A DNA stretch of 64,000 nucleotides from an uncultured archaeon (GCA_964342815.1 CAYFHS010000001.1:179849-243848), one strand, 5' to 3'; shown: positions 1-12,500, counted from the stretch's first letter. Numbers and translations: made by a program. The notes: a model not told the origin generated them from the letters alone.

Positions 1-2
1 GC

Positions 3-2546
3 TTCAATTCGGATCCGGAAGCATTTTTTTACGTGATGATCGATAATGCCACCCCAACCCTTTCGAACCCTCACCCGGAAGAGGGAATGTGGTTTAACAG
101 CACAACGGTGAAGTGCACCATCGAGATCAACGACACAGAACAATCCGACGACCTAAGTATTGTGAAATGCTCCTATTCCATTGATGACAATCAAACCTGG
201 TCCAATTGGGTGGAAGTGGACAAAATTGAGAACGGGGTTGCAGAAAAGACCCTGACCCTTGCCCGGGGAAAAGTAAATCTGGTCAAATGGCAGGCCTGGG
301 ATCGTCTGGGGAACGGACCAATCATCTTCGGCCCAACTCCAGTCTGGATCGACAACGAGGGAGTGGATTTCAGTGATTTTTCAGCTAAGGTAGGCACTCT
401 CACGCCCATGTGTAAAATCAATGTCAGCGACAGGATCTCCGGTATAAACGAGCAGGAGCTGTGGGTGCGGCAATCCACAGACAGCGGAAATAATTGGGAG
501 GACTGGGTACATCCGGAAAAAACATCGGGAGACGAAGGGTTCGAATTAAGCTATATTGCTTCTTTGCAGGAAGGGAACGGGAACCGCATTCAGTGGAAAG
601 TGGGGGATGTCGCAGGAAATATGAATGTCAGCGAGCATTCAATAAACGTGGATGCCTCCTCCGCAAATCTCGAAGTGAAACTGGTCTCTCCAAAGGACGG
701 GGCAAACTCGAGTTTGAGACCAACGTTGGAGTGGAGTCTTTCTAGTGGTTCTGGAGCGACTTTCAAACTTTTCCTGTCACAAACTCCCGATATTGATGTC
801 GATATCGATACTCCGGAAACCGAAACCGATAACTTAACGTATACTTTCGACGAGGATATTTCCGATATGACCAGATATTACTGGACCGTAATACCCTTCA
901 AGGGCGATGACATTGGGACCTGCATTAGCGATATCTGGTCATTCACGGCGGTGGAAGGAACCCAACCGGAAGTTGTTTTACGATCTCCGGAGGATTCAAA
1001 AAATACAGGGCTGCATCCCAATTTTATGTGGGATTTGGCAAGACCGAAAGAGGATGTCCAGTACCGACTCTTTGTAAGCAATAAGAGCGATATAGATACC
1101 TCAAACGTTTCACTAGCGAAAAAGATCCTTCAAAGCACTTCGCATACATACGAAGACGATCTTCTGGATACTGAGACATATTACTGGACCGTAATCCCTT
1201 TCATTATGGATGGGGACGTGGAGACAGTCGGCACATGTCTTAGCGGGATATGGTCGTTCGTTGCAGACGCTAATTTTACCTCGAAATGGGAATTTAACAT
1301 TACGGTGGACCTCGAAGTAAAGAGTGCTGAGTTCCATGCGGGAGATTTCATGAACTTTACAGTTAATATTAATAATTCCGGAAATATTTTCGATAAATAC
1401 AATATCTCCCTTAGTGAGAGCTGGGACTATAACACAACCGGATCTTTCAATGTACAAGCGAACAAGATCGGTAAAATCAAGATATCGATAGTGCTGCCAT
1501 CGTTTATCGCCCTTGGGAACCACACTCTGGATATCACTGTTACTTCAGAGCACAATAACACCCTGTCGAGAAAAAGTCAGGTTTTTTATGCCGTAGTTCA
1601 GCCTGGGGGGACGAATACCCCAGGTGACACCAACGAGACGGAAGGGGGTTTCTTTTCGGAGATTTCCATGCTTTGGATCATTCTTGGAATCGTAGTTCTG
1701 CTGCTGATCATTGTGATAATAGTTATCATAATTAGAAGACGGGACGACGATTGGGATGAAGATGATGACGATGAATACGACGACGACGACGAATATGATG
1801 AGGACGAAGAGGATGAAGAGGAGGAATTCGGTCGTATTCGGAAGGATGCCGACGGAATCCAGACATCACCTATGCTGGCACAAGGCCTACAGATGACCCC
1901 ATGTACCAATTGCAGCAAACCCATCCCATCTAATACCCTTTTCTGTACGCACTGTGGAATGAAACAGAGCAAGGAAGCCGCATTACCAGCAGCTGCCGAT
2001 AAACCACTTCTAACCGAAGGGGAAACCGAACTGGAGATCGAGGACTTGGATGTGGAGGAGGATTCCGCCATTACCCTTGATGAGCTGATGAACCGAGCGT
2101 CATTGCTGATTGATACTCCCAAAAAGGAGGAGGAGCCCGTTAAGGAAACAGTGGAAGAACCGGACATAGAGGTTGTTGGCGATGTGAAAGAGGAAAAAGA
2201 ACTCACAATCGATGACGTAACTTCAGTCGACCAGCTTCTGGACATCATGGTGGTGGAGAGCGAACCCCTGGATGATGACGACGAGGACATTATAGAAGTC
2301 GTTGCCACTGCTCCCTTAGAGGAAGATGATGAAGTGCTACCCATGCCCACAATATCCGTTGCTCCGTTTGACGAGGAAGACGATGAGGATCTGGCGGCAC
2401 CTGAACCCGTGCTCTCCATCGAAGATGTGATGATGGAGATAGCCGGCGAACCCGACTTGGATGAGCCACCGGAACCTGAATCCGTGGCGCCACCGGCTCA
2501 AGCGCCTCCTGGTCACGCACCACCTCCTCCGCCACCCCCCGAGTAA
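3..2546 (+). CDS. Large single-pass surface protein (5' truncated by window edge): Ig/FN3-like modules, TM helix, acidic cytoplasmic tail with zinc ribbon and C-terminal polyproline
   Basis: The frame is open from base 3 (FNSDPEAFFYV...), so the true start lies upstream of the window. Two ~95-aa modules end in YYWTVIP...GTC.S.IWSF. TM is MLWIILGIVVLLLIIVIIVIII followed by RRR. Tail has D/E runs, CTNC...FCTHCG and PPPPPPPE. Confidence 0.85.
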   Translation, partial: FNSDPEAFFYVMIDNATPTLSNPHPEEGMWFNSTTVKCTIEINDTEQSDDLSIVKCSYSIDDNQTWSNWVEVDKIENGVAEKTLTLARGKVNLVKWQAWDRLGNGPIIFGPTPVWIDNEGVDFSDFSAKVGTLTPMCKINVSDRISGINEQELWVRQSTDSGNNWEDWVHPEKTSGDEGFELSYIASLQEGNGNRIQWKVGDVAGNMNVSEHSINVDASSANLEVKLVSPKDGANSSLRPTLEWSLSSGSGATFKLFLSQTPDIDVDIDTPETETDNLTYTFDEDISDMTRYYWTVIPFKGDDIGTCISDIWSFTAVEGTQPEVVLRSPEDSKNTGLHPNFMWDLARPKEDVQYRLFVSNKSDIDTSNVSLAKKILQSTSHTYEDDLLDTETYYWTVIPFIMDGDVETVGTCLSGIWSFVADANFTSKWEFNITVDLEVKSAEFHAGDFMNFTVNINNSGNIFDKYNISLSESWDYNTTGSFNVQANKIGKIKISIVLPSFIALGNHTLDITVTSEHNNTLSRKSQVFYAVVQPGGTNTPGDTNETEGGFFSEISMLWIILGIVVLLLIIVIIVIIIRRRDDDWDEDDDDEYDDDDEYDEDEEDEEEEFGRIRKDADGIQTSPMLAQGLQMTPCTNCSKPIPSNTLFCTHCGMKQSKEAALPAAADKPLLTEGETELEIEDLDVEEDSAITLDELMNRASLLIDTPKKEEEPVKETVEEPDIEVVGDVKEEKELTIDDVTSVDQLLDIMVVESEPLDDDDEDIIEVVATAPLEEDDEVLPMPTISVAPFDEEDDEDLAAPEPVLSIEDVMMEIAGEPDLDEPPEPESVAPPAQAPPGHAPPPPPPPE

Positions 2547-2898
2547 GAATTCATCGGTCTGTTTAGGGCCCCAGGTGGAAATTACGGATAGTATAACCAT
2601 ATCTGATTCAAGTGTATGCGCTCTTCGCCTTGGTTCCGGGTCCATTAGCACAATTTTAGAAAATCCTTAATAATACAAAATCCTTAATTATCTAATCCCC
2701 CATTTCTCCGATGTTTCCGCTCGCCGGGATTTAATATTCCTTTTTGATCGACAATAATCAAGGTGAATGATTTGTCCATGGAAAACCACTTTTTAGAACC
2801 CACCCCGTACTCCTTGCCAAGTCAGATGTGCAGTCAGGTACATCGAGACCGCCCCAAAAAGCGACCCAAAAAAGAATAGGAGGGATTGTATTTCCGAT

Positions 2899-4446
2899 GT
2901 GATGAAAAATAAGATCGAGGAGCTTAGAAGAAAGAAAGAAGAAATGAAGCTGGGGGGCGGCAGGGAGCGTATAGTTCAGCAGCATAACAAGGGTAAATTA
3001 ACGGCAAGAGAGAGGATCGATCTTTTGCTGGATGCTGGTAGTTTTGTGGAGATGGATGCTTTCGCACTTCATCACTGCACCGATTTCGGTATGGAGAAGA
3101 AACGTGTGTTGGGAGATGGAGTGGTCACAGGCTACGGCACCGTGGACGGCCGCCTAGTTTATGTATTTTCTCAGGACTTTACCGTATTCGGCGGATCCCT
3201 TGGTTGGAAATTCGCCGAAAAAGTCTGCAAGGTCATGGATATGGCAATGAAGAACGGCGCACCCATGATAGGCCTGAACGATTCGGGTGGTGCCCGGATC
3301 CAGGAAGGGGTTATATCGCTGGGGGGTTATGCCGAGATATTTTTCAGAAATGTCATGGCTTCAGGTGTTATTCCCCAGATTTCCGCAGTAATGGGACCCT
3401 GCGCCGGAGGTGCGGTCTATTCTCCTGCAATAACGGATTTCATCTTCATGGTAAAGGAAACAAGCCACATGTTCATTACGGGCCCAAACGTGATAAAGGC
3501 TGTCACCGGTGAGAAGGTCAGTTTTGAACAGCTCGGCGGAGCCATGACACACAATGAGAAGAGCGGTGTGGCACACTTTGCTGCCGAGAGCGAGGAGAAC
3601 TGCATCGAATATATCAAAACCCTTCTCGCCTATCTTCCATCGAATAATGTTGATGATCCGCCCAGAGTCGTGCTCGGTGACGACCCGAACCGTATGGACC
3701 CCGAACTGCTGAGCATAATTCCGGACGAATCGGACAAACCATACGATATGAAGGATATAATCAATCGTGTGGTAGACAATGGAGAATTTCTTGAAGTACA
3801 CCAGCATTGGGCAAAGAATATCATCGTGGGTTTTGCCAGGTTAGACGGTTATAGTGTAGGTATTATCGGCAACCAACCCAAAGTGTTGGCCGGTACTCTC
3901 GACATCAACTCCTCCACCAAGGCTGCGAGATTCGTAAGGTTCTGCGATGCTTTCAACATTCCTCTCTTAACCTTCGAGGATGTCCCGGGTTTCCTTCCCG
4001 GCACTTCACAGGAATACGGCGGAATAATCCGAAACGGGGCCAAATTGTTATATGCCTACAGCGAGGCAACCGTTCCCAAGATGACGGTCATTACCAGAAA
4101 GGCATACGGCGGTGCCTATGACGTTATGTGCTCTAAACACATCCGGTCCGATATCAACTATGCATGGCCGTCGGCAGAGCTTGCGGTAATGGGGCCGGGG
4201 GGCGCCGTAAATATAATTTTCCGAAAGGAAATTCAGGCATCCGAGGAACCTGAACGAAGGGCTGAGGAGCTGGTGGGGCAGTACCGTGAAAAATTCGCCA
4301 ATCCCTACATTGCGGCAGAGATGGGGTACATAGACGACATAATCGAACCGCAGGAGACACGGCCGAGGATAATCAACGCTTTAAAAACTCTGTTGAATAA
4401 GAGGGAATCCCGTCCGGCCAAGAAACATGGAAATATACCTTTGTGA
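2899..4446 (+). CDS. pccB: Acyl-CoA (propionyl/acetyl-CoA) carboxylase, carboxyltransferase subunit
   Basis: [48 protein letters not shown] and C-terminal KKHGNIPL motifs; 515 aa. Confidence 0.96.
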   Translation: MMKNKIEELRRKKEEMKLGGGRERIVQQHNKGKLTARERIDLLLDAGSFVEMDAFALHHCTDFGMEKKRVLGDGVVTGYGTVDGRLVYVFSQDFTVFGGSLGWKFAEKVCKVMDMAMKNGAPMIGLNDSGGARIQEGVISLGGYAEIFFRNVMASGVIPQISAVMGPCAGGAVYSPAITDFIFMVKETSHMFITGPNVIKAVTGEKVSFEQLGGAMTHNEKSGVAHFAAESEENCIEYIKTLLAYLPSNNVDDPPRVVLGDDPNRMDPELLSIIPDESDKPYDMKDIINRVVDNGEFLEVHQHWAKNIIVGFARLDGYSVGIIGNQPKVLAGTLDINSSTKAARFVRFCDAFNIPLLTFEDVPGFLPGTSQEYGGIIRNGAKLLYAYSEATVPKMTVITRKAYGGAYDVMCSKHIRSDINYAWPSAELAVMGPGGAVNIIFRKEIQASEEPERRAEELVGQYREKFANPYIAAEMGYIDDIIEPQETRPRIINALKTLLNKRESRPAKKHGNIPL

Positions 4447-4450
4447 TCAC

Positions 4451-5986
4451 ATGTTCCGAAAGATACTTGTTGCCAATCGGGGGGAGATTGCTCTCCGGGT
4501 CATGAGGACCTGCAGGGAAATGGGAATCTCCACCGTGGGAATTTATTCTGATATCGATGCGTATGCTCTTCATTCACGATACGCCGACGAATCATATCGT
4601 GTCGGGGACAATCCATCCCGTAAAAGTTACCTGAATGCCGAAAGGATCCTCGAAATAGCGAAGGAGACCGGGTCGGAGGCAATTCATCCCGGTTACGGTT
4701 TTCTCGCGGAAAATGCCGATTTTGCCCGGAAATGCGAGACGAAAGACATAATTTTCATCGGGCCTTCTTCAGATTCCATGGCAAGTGTCGGGGACAAGAT
4801 CGCCTCACGTCGATTAGTGAAGAAGGCAGGGATACCAATAACCGCTGGTAGTGAAGGGGCCGTTGACGAGAACAACGCCCACGAAATTGCCAGGGAAATC
4901 GGTTATCCCGTCATCCTGAAATCCTCGGCCGGAGGGGGTGGGATAAGCATGGGGGTGGTGGAGGAGCCCGGGGATCTGATCAATAAACTCGAAATCGCTC
5001 GTTCCTCATCGTTATCGTCTTTTGGTGACCCGAACATATTCATGGAAAAATATCTCCTTCGACCAAGACACATCGAATTTCAGATACTTGCAGATAGACA
5101 AGGGAACGTGATTCATCTTGGTGAGCGTGAATGCTCCATCCAACGCAGGTTCCAGAAGCTTATAGAAGAAGCTCCCAGCGTTGTTGTGGATGATGAGAAA
5201 AGAGATCTTGTTGGGGAGAGGGCGGTGGAAATTGCGAGATTGGCAGGCTATGTGAACGCGGGGACAATGGAATTTCTTTACCAGGACGGGGAATTCTATT
5301 TCAATGAGGTCAATGCAAGGCTGCAGGTCGAGCATCCCATCACGGAGCTGGTGACCGGTGTGGACCTCGTAAAGGAGCAGATTCGAATTGCCGACGGAGA
5401 GCCGCTGGCTTTTTCACAGAGCGACATAAAATTTCGTGGATGGGCCATGGAGTGCCGGATCAACGCAGAGAACCCCTTCAATAACTTCATCCCTTCGCCC
5501 GGAACGGTGGTGGACTACCAGCTTCCCGGCTCCATAGGTGTCCGGGTGGATTCGGGTATTGTTTCCGGTTCCGTGATCCCGACGTTTTACGATTCTCTCT
5601 TCGCAAAGGTCGTGGTTCATGCGGATACAAGGGAAAGCGCCTTGGAGAGGATGAGAAGAGCATTGAGTGAGATGAAGGTAGAGGGAATCGATACGAACAT
5701 TCCGTTCCATTTGCATGTGCTGGACGATGTATCATTCAAGAAGGGTGACTTCGATACGAACTTCATTGTAAAAAGAAAAATCATTGAGGATCTATGCGAA
5801 AAAGGGGAAGAGCTGAGACGTGAAATGAATCGAAGAGCTGCGGCGGTCTCGGTTGCGCTTGCTTTGTCAAAAGAAGGGATGGCAAAATTTCACCGGTCCG
5901 AGGATGAAAAGATATCGGTGGATACTGTCAGCAAATGGAAAATGGCGGGTAGGTTGGAGCGGCTCGGCGGGGGGTTGAGCTCATGA
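4451..5986 (+). CDS. accC: Biotin carboxylase subunit of acyl-CoA carboxylase
   Basis: KILVANRGEIA, HPGYGFLAEN, GGGG loop, ERECSIQRR, EVNARLQVEHP and RVDSG motifs. ATG at 4451 follows the pccB stop and is preferred over the ORF-track start at 4427. Confidence 0.95.
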   Translation: MFRKILVANRGEIALRVMRTCREMGISTVGIYSDIDAYALHSRYADESYRVGDNPSRKSYLNAERILEIAKETGSEAIHPGYGFLAENADFARKCETKDIIFIGPSSDSMASVGDKIASRRLVKKAGIPITAGSEGAVDENNAHEIAREIGYPVILKSSAGGGGISMGVVEEPGDLINKLEIARSSSLSSFGDPNIFMEKYLLRPRHIEFQILADRQGNVIHLGERECSIQRRFQKLIEEAPSVVVDDEKRDLVGERAVEIARLAGYVNAGTMEFLYQDGEFYFNEVNARLQVEHPITELVTGVDLVKEQIRIADGEPLAFSQSDIKFRGWAMECRINAENPFNNFIPSPGTVVDYQLPGSIGVRVDSGIVSGSVIPTFYDSLFAKVVVHADTRESALERMRRALSEMKVEGIDTNIPFHLHVLDDVSFKKGDFDTNFIVKRKIIEDLCEKGEELRREMNRRAAAVSVALALSKEGMAKFHRSEDEKISVDTVSKWKMAGRLERLGGGLSS

Positions 5987-6513
5987 AATTCGACCTTTTA
6001 TTGGATGGAAAAACATACGACGTGGAGCTGAAGCTCGGCAAAACCGTGGTTGTTAAACTCAATGGTGAAACATTCCAGGCAGAAATGGGCCAAAGTGAAA
6101 AGGGTTTCAATATTTTATTGGACGGAAAGAAATCTCTTGTACTGCTGACAGGTTCCCATGTTTCGGTTGACGGCCATCGACATCTGGTGGAAGTGAGGAA
6201 TCTGAGGAGAGGGACGCCTTCATGGTGTAATAATTCTGAAGAAGGTAAAGAAGGTCCGGCACCCAACCCTTCAAGGATAATCTCTTGTGGTGAAGGCGTG
6301 GTTTATCCACCCATGCCAGGGAGGGTAGTTGCCATAAACGTCACGGAAGGCGATCAGGTAAAGATCGGCTCTTCGATCCTGATACTTGAAGCCATGAAGA
6401 TGCAAAATGAGATTTGTTCGAAATGGAGTGGGCGCGTGCGGGAGATAAAGGTATCCGTAGGCGATATGGTTGAATCGGGGGATGTATTGATGGTAATAGG
6501 AAATAAACCTTAA
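5983..6513 (+). CDS. accB: Biotin carboxyl carrier protein with N-terminal BT-like beta-strand region
   Basis: PMPGRVV...EAMKMQNEI biotinylation motif; ATGA overlap with the accC stop. Confidence 0.93.
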   Translation: MKFDLLLDGKTYDVELKLGKTVVVKLNGETFQAEMGQSEKGFNILLDGKKSLVLLTGSHVSVDGHRHLVEVRNLRRGTPSWCNNSEEGKEGPAPNPSRIISCGEGVVYPPMPGRVVAINVTEGDQVKIGSSILILEAMKMQNEICSKWSGRVREIKVSVGDMVESGDVLMVIGNKP

Positions 6514-9500
6514 ATCACGTCGAATTCCTCTTCCTCAACCCTCTCATCCTCTGCCATCTCCTCATCAATCTCATTTTCTTTATCCTCGGCCCACACTTCA
6601 TCCACAATTTCCTCTTGCATCTGATTCTCTTCATCCTCGGCCCACACTTCGTCTACAATTTCCTCTTGCATCTGATTCTCTTCATCCTCGGCCCACACTT
6701 CGTCTACAATTTCCTCTTGCATCTGATTCTCTTCATCCTCGGCCCACACTTCGTCCACAATTTCATCGTCTCCCTCAATATCTTTGTCTGCGATCTCCTC
6801 TTCCATCCCATTACTTTCCCCCCCTGCCTCTTCATCATCAATTATCCTATCCTCCGATTCAGTTTCTTCATCCAAAAATTCCTCGTCTTCTTCCTCTTCC
6901 ATGTCAATACTATCTACCTCCACTAACTTGTCATCCATTATCTCCTTCTCGTCTTCTTCCTCTTCCTCCTCTTCCATGTCAATACTATCTACCTCCGCTA
7001 TTTCGTCATCCATTATCCCCTCCTCGTCTTCTTCCCCTGTCTCATCAACCATATCAATACTATCTTCTTCCTCTATTTCGTCATCCATTATCTCCTTCCC
7101 GTCTTCTTCCCCTGTCTCATCATCCAAGTCAATACTATCTTTCTCCGCTATTTCGTCATCGATTATCTCCTCCTCGTCTTCTTCCCCTGTCTCATCATCA
7201 CTGTCAATACTATCTTTCTTCGCTATTTCGTCATCGATTATCTCCTCCTCGTCTTCTTCCCCTGTCTCATCATCCATGTCAATACTATCTTCCTCCGCTA
7301 TTTCGTCATCCATTATCCCTTCCTCGTCTTCTTCCTCCTGCTCCTTGCGCTTTCTCGCGTAGAAGAAAACCCCTATCATTACGATGACAAGCAGAATCAC
7401 TATCACAATGATAATAATCCCCGTCCCGCTCTTGTACCAGGCCTCCTCGGCCTTCTCTCCTCCTACCCCGTCTCCACCGTCATCGTCATCCCCTACTTCT
7501 TCACTAGGAAGTGCAAATGCTGAGAAAATGGTAAAATGGCTTACATTCGCCCATACGATCCTGTTTTCTTCATCTATCCCAGTATTATCCGCCTTTTTCC
7601 ATTCGCCACCATCGAAATAGAATATTGTGGCTGAAGCATAGTTTACAGTCTCATTCGTTTTCACATCCGCATAAGATATTGTTATATTGGTCCACTTCAG
7701 ATCACCGGTAAAATCCAGCATTACATAGAAACCAATGTGAATATAACCCGCGGGTTCACCATCTACATATACTGGAGGATCGTTCACTCTTGCGGCCACG
7801 AGAGTCCCATTGCCGGAAACCGATATTTCGATCGACGTTCCCGTTTGGTCATCGGTATAATTAAGGAATCGTACATCGCCTTCCTCAACTGTAATTTCGC
7901 CTATTGGGGTGGTGTCACTGTCCTCTACGGCTATTACTGTGACAACAAAGGTATCGGTGCCGGTATTCCCCATTAAATCTATTACAGTGAGGTTTATTAT
8001 GTAATTTCCAGGAATACTGAAAGTGTATCTGGGTGTAGAGCCATTAAGGATCACTTCGCTCCCATCATAAAGAAAGATCCAACTAAAATTGATGATACCA
8101 ATATTGTCGGTGGAGCCGCTGCCATCGAAGAGAATCTCGGTATTCTGATCAGCTGTCACATCAAGACCTGCATTGGCAACAGGCACATCGGAATCTGTTA
8201 CATTGACGTAAATTACACCTGAAGCAAGGTTATTTGCGCCATCCGAAACAGTCAATGTAATCTCAAATGATCCAGCCGTGTGGAAAGTAAAATTTACCGT
8301 GACACCATAAAGTGTGATATTGGATTTGTCAAGGAATGTCCATGTCCAATTCAAGATTCCAATATTATCAGAGCTTTGGCTGCCATTGAAAATAATTGTA
8401 GTATGCTGTGGTATTGTCTTATTGCTTGTTGCGATCACAGTGGGTTTGTCATTATCACCTATATTTATTGATTTTATCGAACTCATAATATAGTTATCGG
8501 AAGAATCACAAACTATGATCCGATATGTCAGATTGGAAAGATCATGATCAACCGTAATGTTTGCCCACCAATAATTTCCAATTTTATTTAATGAGATATT
8601 ATCCATCAATTCGCCATGGCCCCAGTCCGCAAATACCGAAAAAACATCAATGTTGTCAACAGCACTAACATTAAACTGGAAGATATCTCCGGTTGTTCCT
8701 GTTGTTTGTGTGTTATCAATGTAAGTAGGTCGGTCGTTATCAGTTATGTCAACGGAACGAAGACTGCTTATGGCGTAATTATCGGATGCATCATTCACGT
8801 ATATTGTATAGTTTAGATCGTTAAGACTCTGGTCCAGCATAATGCTGCTTGTCCAGTAGTTTCCTATCCTAATAAGTGAGACATTTCCTGTGAGAGTGTC
8901 ATGACGCCAATTAACGTAAATCGAATCAACATCTATATTATCCGAAGCGGAAACATTGAATACGAAATCATCGCCGGTTGTCCCAGTATTCGCGCTATTC
9001 TCAGAAACGAGCGCCGGAGCATCATTATCGCTTACAGAAACGGACTGAGCCACACTGTAATTGTAGTTATTTGACGTATCATTGAAGTAGATTATGTAGC
9101 TAAGCTCGCCGAGATCGTCGTCCAGTTTGATCGTTCCAATCCAGAAACCACCTGCCAAGGCCAGGGACTTATTTCCGCTCAAAATACCATGGGTCCAATT
9201 CACATAAATCGTATCCAACTCTATGTTATCTGACGCGCTGACATTAAATTCGAAATTGTCGCCGGTTGTTCCCGTATTCGCGCTGTTATCAGTACCAATA
9301 ACCGGGGCATCATTATCACTTACGGAAACTGTCTGCACCGCACTGGAATTGTAGTTATTGGATGTATCATTGATATGGATGACATAACTAAGATCACTAA
9401 GATTGTTATCAAGAGTAATCGTAGCTAACCAAAAGGCCCCGCTCAAGCTCAATGAATTATTCCCGCTCAAACTACCGTGACTCCAGTTCACATGAACCGT

Positions 9501-12500
9501 ATCGACCTCTAGGTTGTCATAAGCGCTGATGTTAAAAATAAAATTGTTCCCGGTAAAACCGTTATCTGAACTGTTGTCGGTAAAATAGGGTAACTCGTTG
9601 TCTGTCACGTTCACATTTTGGATCGCACTGATATTGTAATTATTTGATGTGTCGTTTATATAAATGATATAACTAAGGTCACTGACATTATCATCAAGTA
9701 TTATAGTTGCCAACCAATATGCATCCGTCAAGCTCAATGATATATTTCCACTCAAACTACCGTGACCCCAGTTCACAAAAACCTTGTGAACCTCTATGTT
9801 GTCAGAAGCGCTGATATTTAACTCGAATTTTTTTCCGGTATAACCGTTATTGGGACTGTTGTCGGTAAAATCAGGTGCCTCGTTATCGGTGACATTTACA
9901 GTTTGGACGTCACTGATATTGTAATTATTTGATGTGTCGTTGACATAGATAGTATAATTCAGCTGACCTGTATCATTATCAAGGCTTATTGTTCCAAGCC
10001 AAAAATTGTTCGTCTCCGTTAGAGAGATATTATCCTTAAAATTCCCATGACTCCAGTTCACATAAACCGTATCGACCTCTGAGTTGTCCGAAGCGCTGAT
10101 ATTGAAATCAAAATTTTCGCCAGTTATTCCCTCATTCGGGCTGTTATCGGCATCGATGGATGGAGTGATATCATCATGGCCCCCGGCAGGATCTACGAGA
10201 GGATAGCGATCCACACTCCCTTCGTTCCCATCGATCTGGTATGAAATATTCCAAACAGTACCGTTATCGGATGCGCTTGGATATCGGGAGCTATAATCCG
10301 ACCAGTAATTACCCTCGCTGATATTATCATCCCAAAGATTGTCCTTTCCGTCATCAAATGCCTGAACTCCTCCGCCGTTATTATCACTGAACCAGTTGTG
10401 GTGAATAGTGTTATTATCCGAAGCTGCGTTGGCGATCTTTATTCCTACATCCGTATTGTTCGAGAATACGTTTAGGTCGATAGTATTGTTATCAGAGGAG
10501 AGGAGATACATGCCCCGGGTGTTATTGTCGCATGTATTGTTAGTAATATTATTGGAGAGAGATGAGGAGAAGAATATACCATCGGTGTTATTGTTGCACG
10601 TGCTATTGCTAATATTATTGTTATCGGAACTGGAGAAATAGATTCCCAAATTGTTGGAATTACCAGTGTTGTTCATCAAGTCGTTGCTGTTTGATGAAGT
10701 AAGCTGGAACCCATAGTTAGTATTCGAGTTTGCGGTGTTACCGATTATGATGTTTTGATCGGAAGAAGCTAGTCGGATGCCTGTGTTGCTGTTGGAGCTT
10801 GCCGTGTTATTCGTCAGGTTGTTGCTGTTGCTGGAAGAGGTAAGGTAGATACCAAATGAATTCGAGTTGACAGTGTTGTTGAATATTATGTTGTTATTGC
10901 TAGTCGAGAGGTAGATTCCATTGTCGTTCGAGGACAAAAGGTTGTTCATTAATATATTGCTGCTCGATGAGCTGACGTAGATCCCATCGAAGGTATTGGA
11001 GTTAGCAGTATTGTTGGTTACATTGTTGCCGCCGGAAGAAGACAGGTAAATGCCAAATGAATTCGAGCTTGCTGTATTGTTATCTATATTATTATTCGTG
11101 GAAGAAAAGATGTAAATTCCATTGGTATTGGAAGTAAGGTCATTATAGCCAATATCATTATTGTTGCAGGAGGAGGAAAGATAAATCCCGTTGGTATTGT
11201 TCGAGGCATTGTTACCAGCGATATTATTATAACAATTTGACGAATGGAAGTAAATCCCATAATCGCTGTTCGAGCTTGCTGTATTGTTTAATAGAAAGTT
11301 GTAGCCATTGGATTCAAGGTAAATTCCATTGGTATTCAGGTTTGCGGTATTATTGATAAAGGTGTCATTGATGGAGGAAGAAAATCTGAATCCGGTATCG
11401 TTATTCGAATTTGCAGTGTTGTTTATAAGGATGTTGTCATTTGAAGTTGTGACATAGAATCCACGATAGTTATAGTTACAAATTGAGTCGGAGATATTGC
11501 TATTATTGGAAAAATGGCTATAGATACCGTAATAGTTCGAGTTGCAGCTAATATTGCTCAACGTATTATTATTTGAATAATAGAGGTAAACCCCATAGTT
11601 GCTATTCGCGCTGCTGGTGATATTTGCAACAGTATTGTTTTCCGAAAAACCGAGAAGAACCCCTACAGAGCCATCGCTGACATTCTGCCCTTCAATTTTA
11701 ACATCCGTACAATTAACGAGAATAATCTGCCCTCCCCCGGGAGGGATATTTCCACCGGAAACGTTCACCCAATAATATACCGGATTACCATTGACTGTGT
11801 TAGAGGTGTTTATTGAATGTGTATTCCAATGCAGAGGGGATGAGCCGGAAAGGAATATCCCGTTTTCAAACATATGATTATAGCTAAATGAGTTGCCCAT
11901 GGAATCAAATAATAGGATACCATCGGAATTATTTGAGTTGAAAGTATTATTTGTCATTGTGTTGTAGTTTGAAGAGTCGATATAGACCGCATAGTTGTTC
12001 AAGTTCAAGGTATTGTTAATTAAGGTGTTATTTTCTGACGAATGAAGATAAATACCAAAGAAATTCGTTCCCACAGTATTGTTATCGATACTCCCGTTGA
12101 TTACACTATTACAATATATCCCATATTTGTTTTTGTAGCAGATGTTATTATATATACGATAGTAGTCGTTTTGGACATCGATCCCTGCATCATTTCCGCT
12201 GGAACCGCTATTTGTTACATTAAAACCCGTTATATTAACCCAGGCAGATGTGATCCGTACCACATCACCGTTTCCGTCTCCGTCGATAGTGGTATTCGCA
12301 CTTCCGTTACCGATTATAGTAACAGTACGGTTAATGATCACGTTTTCGCTGTAATTCCCTGCAAATACGTATATTGTGTCGCCGGGATTGGAAGCATTTA
12401 TGGCATCTTGAATTGTAACATGATCTTGTCCACCACTGGCGTCAACGATAATGTTCCCACGTTTTCCACTGATAATACCTTTATGATCGCAATCTTTAAT

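Noticed and set aside
1598-2419. 273-aa Ser-rich minus-strand ORF (also 6784-7362 and 51070-51585)
   Set aside because: Antisense shadows of Asp/Glu-rich coding sequence; GAR/GAY codons read as Ser/Phe runs on the other strand.
2660-2688. AAAATCCTTAAT direct repeat (17-bp period) upstream of pccB
   Set aside because: AT-rich, only two copies and ~210 bp from the start codon; too weak to call a site.
6582-6765. Possible CRISPR array
   Set aside because: Units are contiguous, in frame, have no unique spacers and lie inside a CDS; no cas genes are present.
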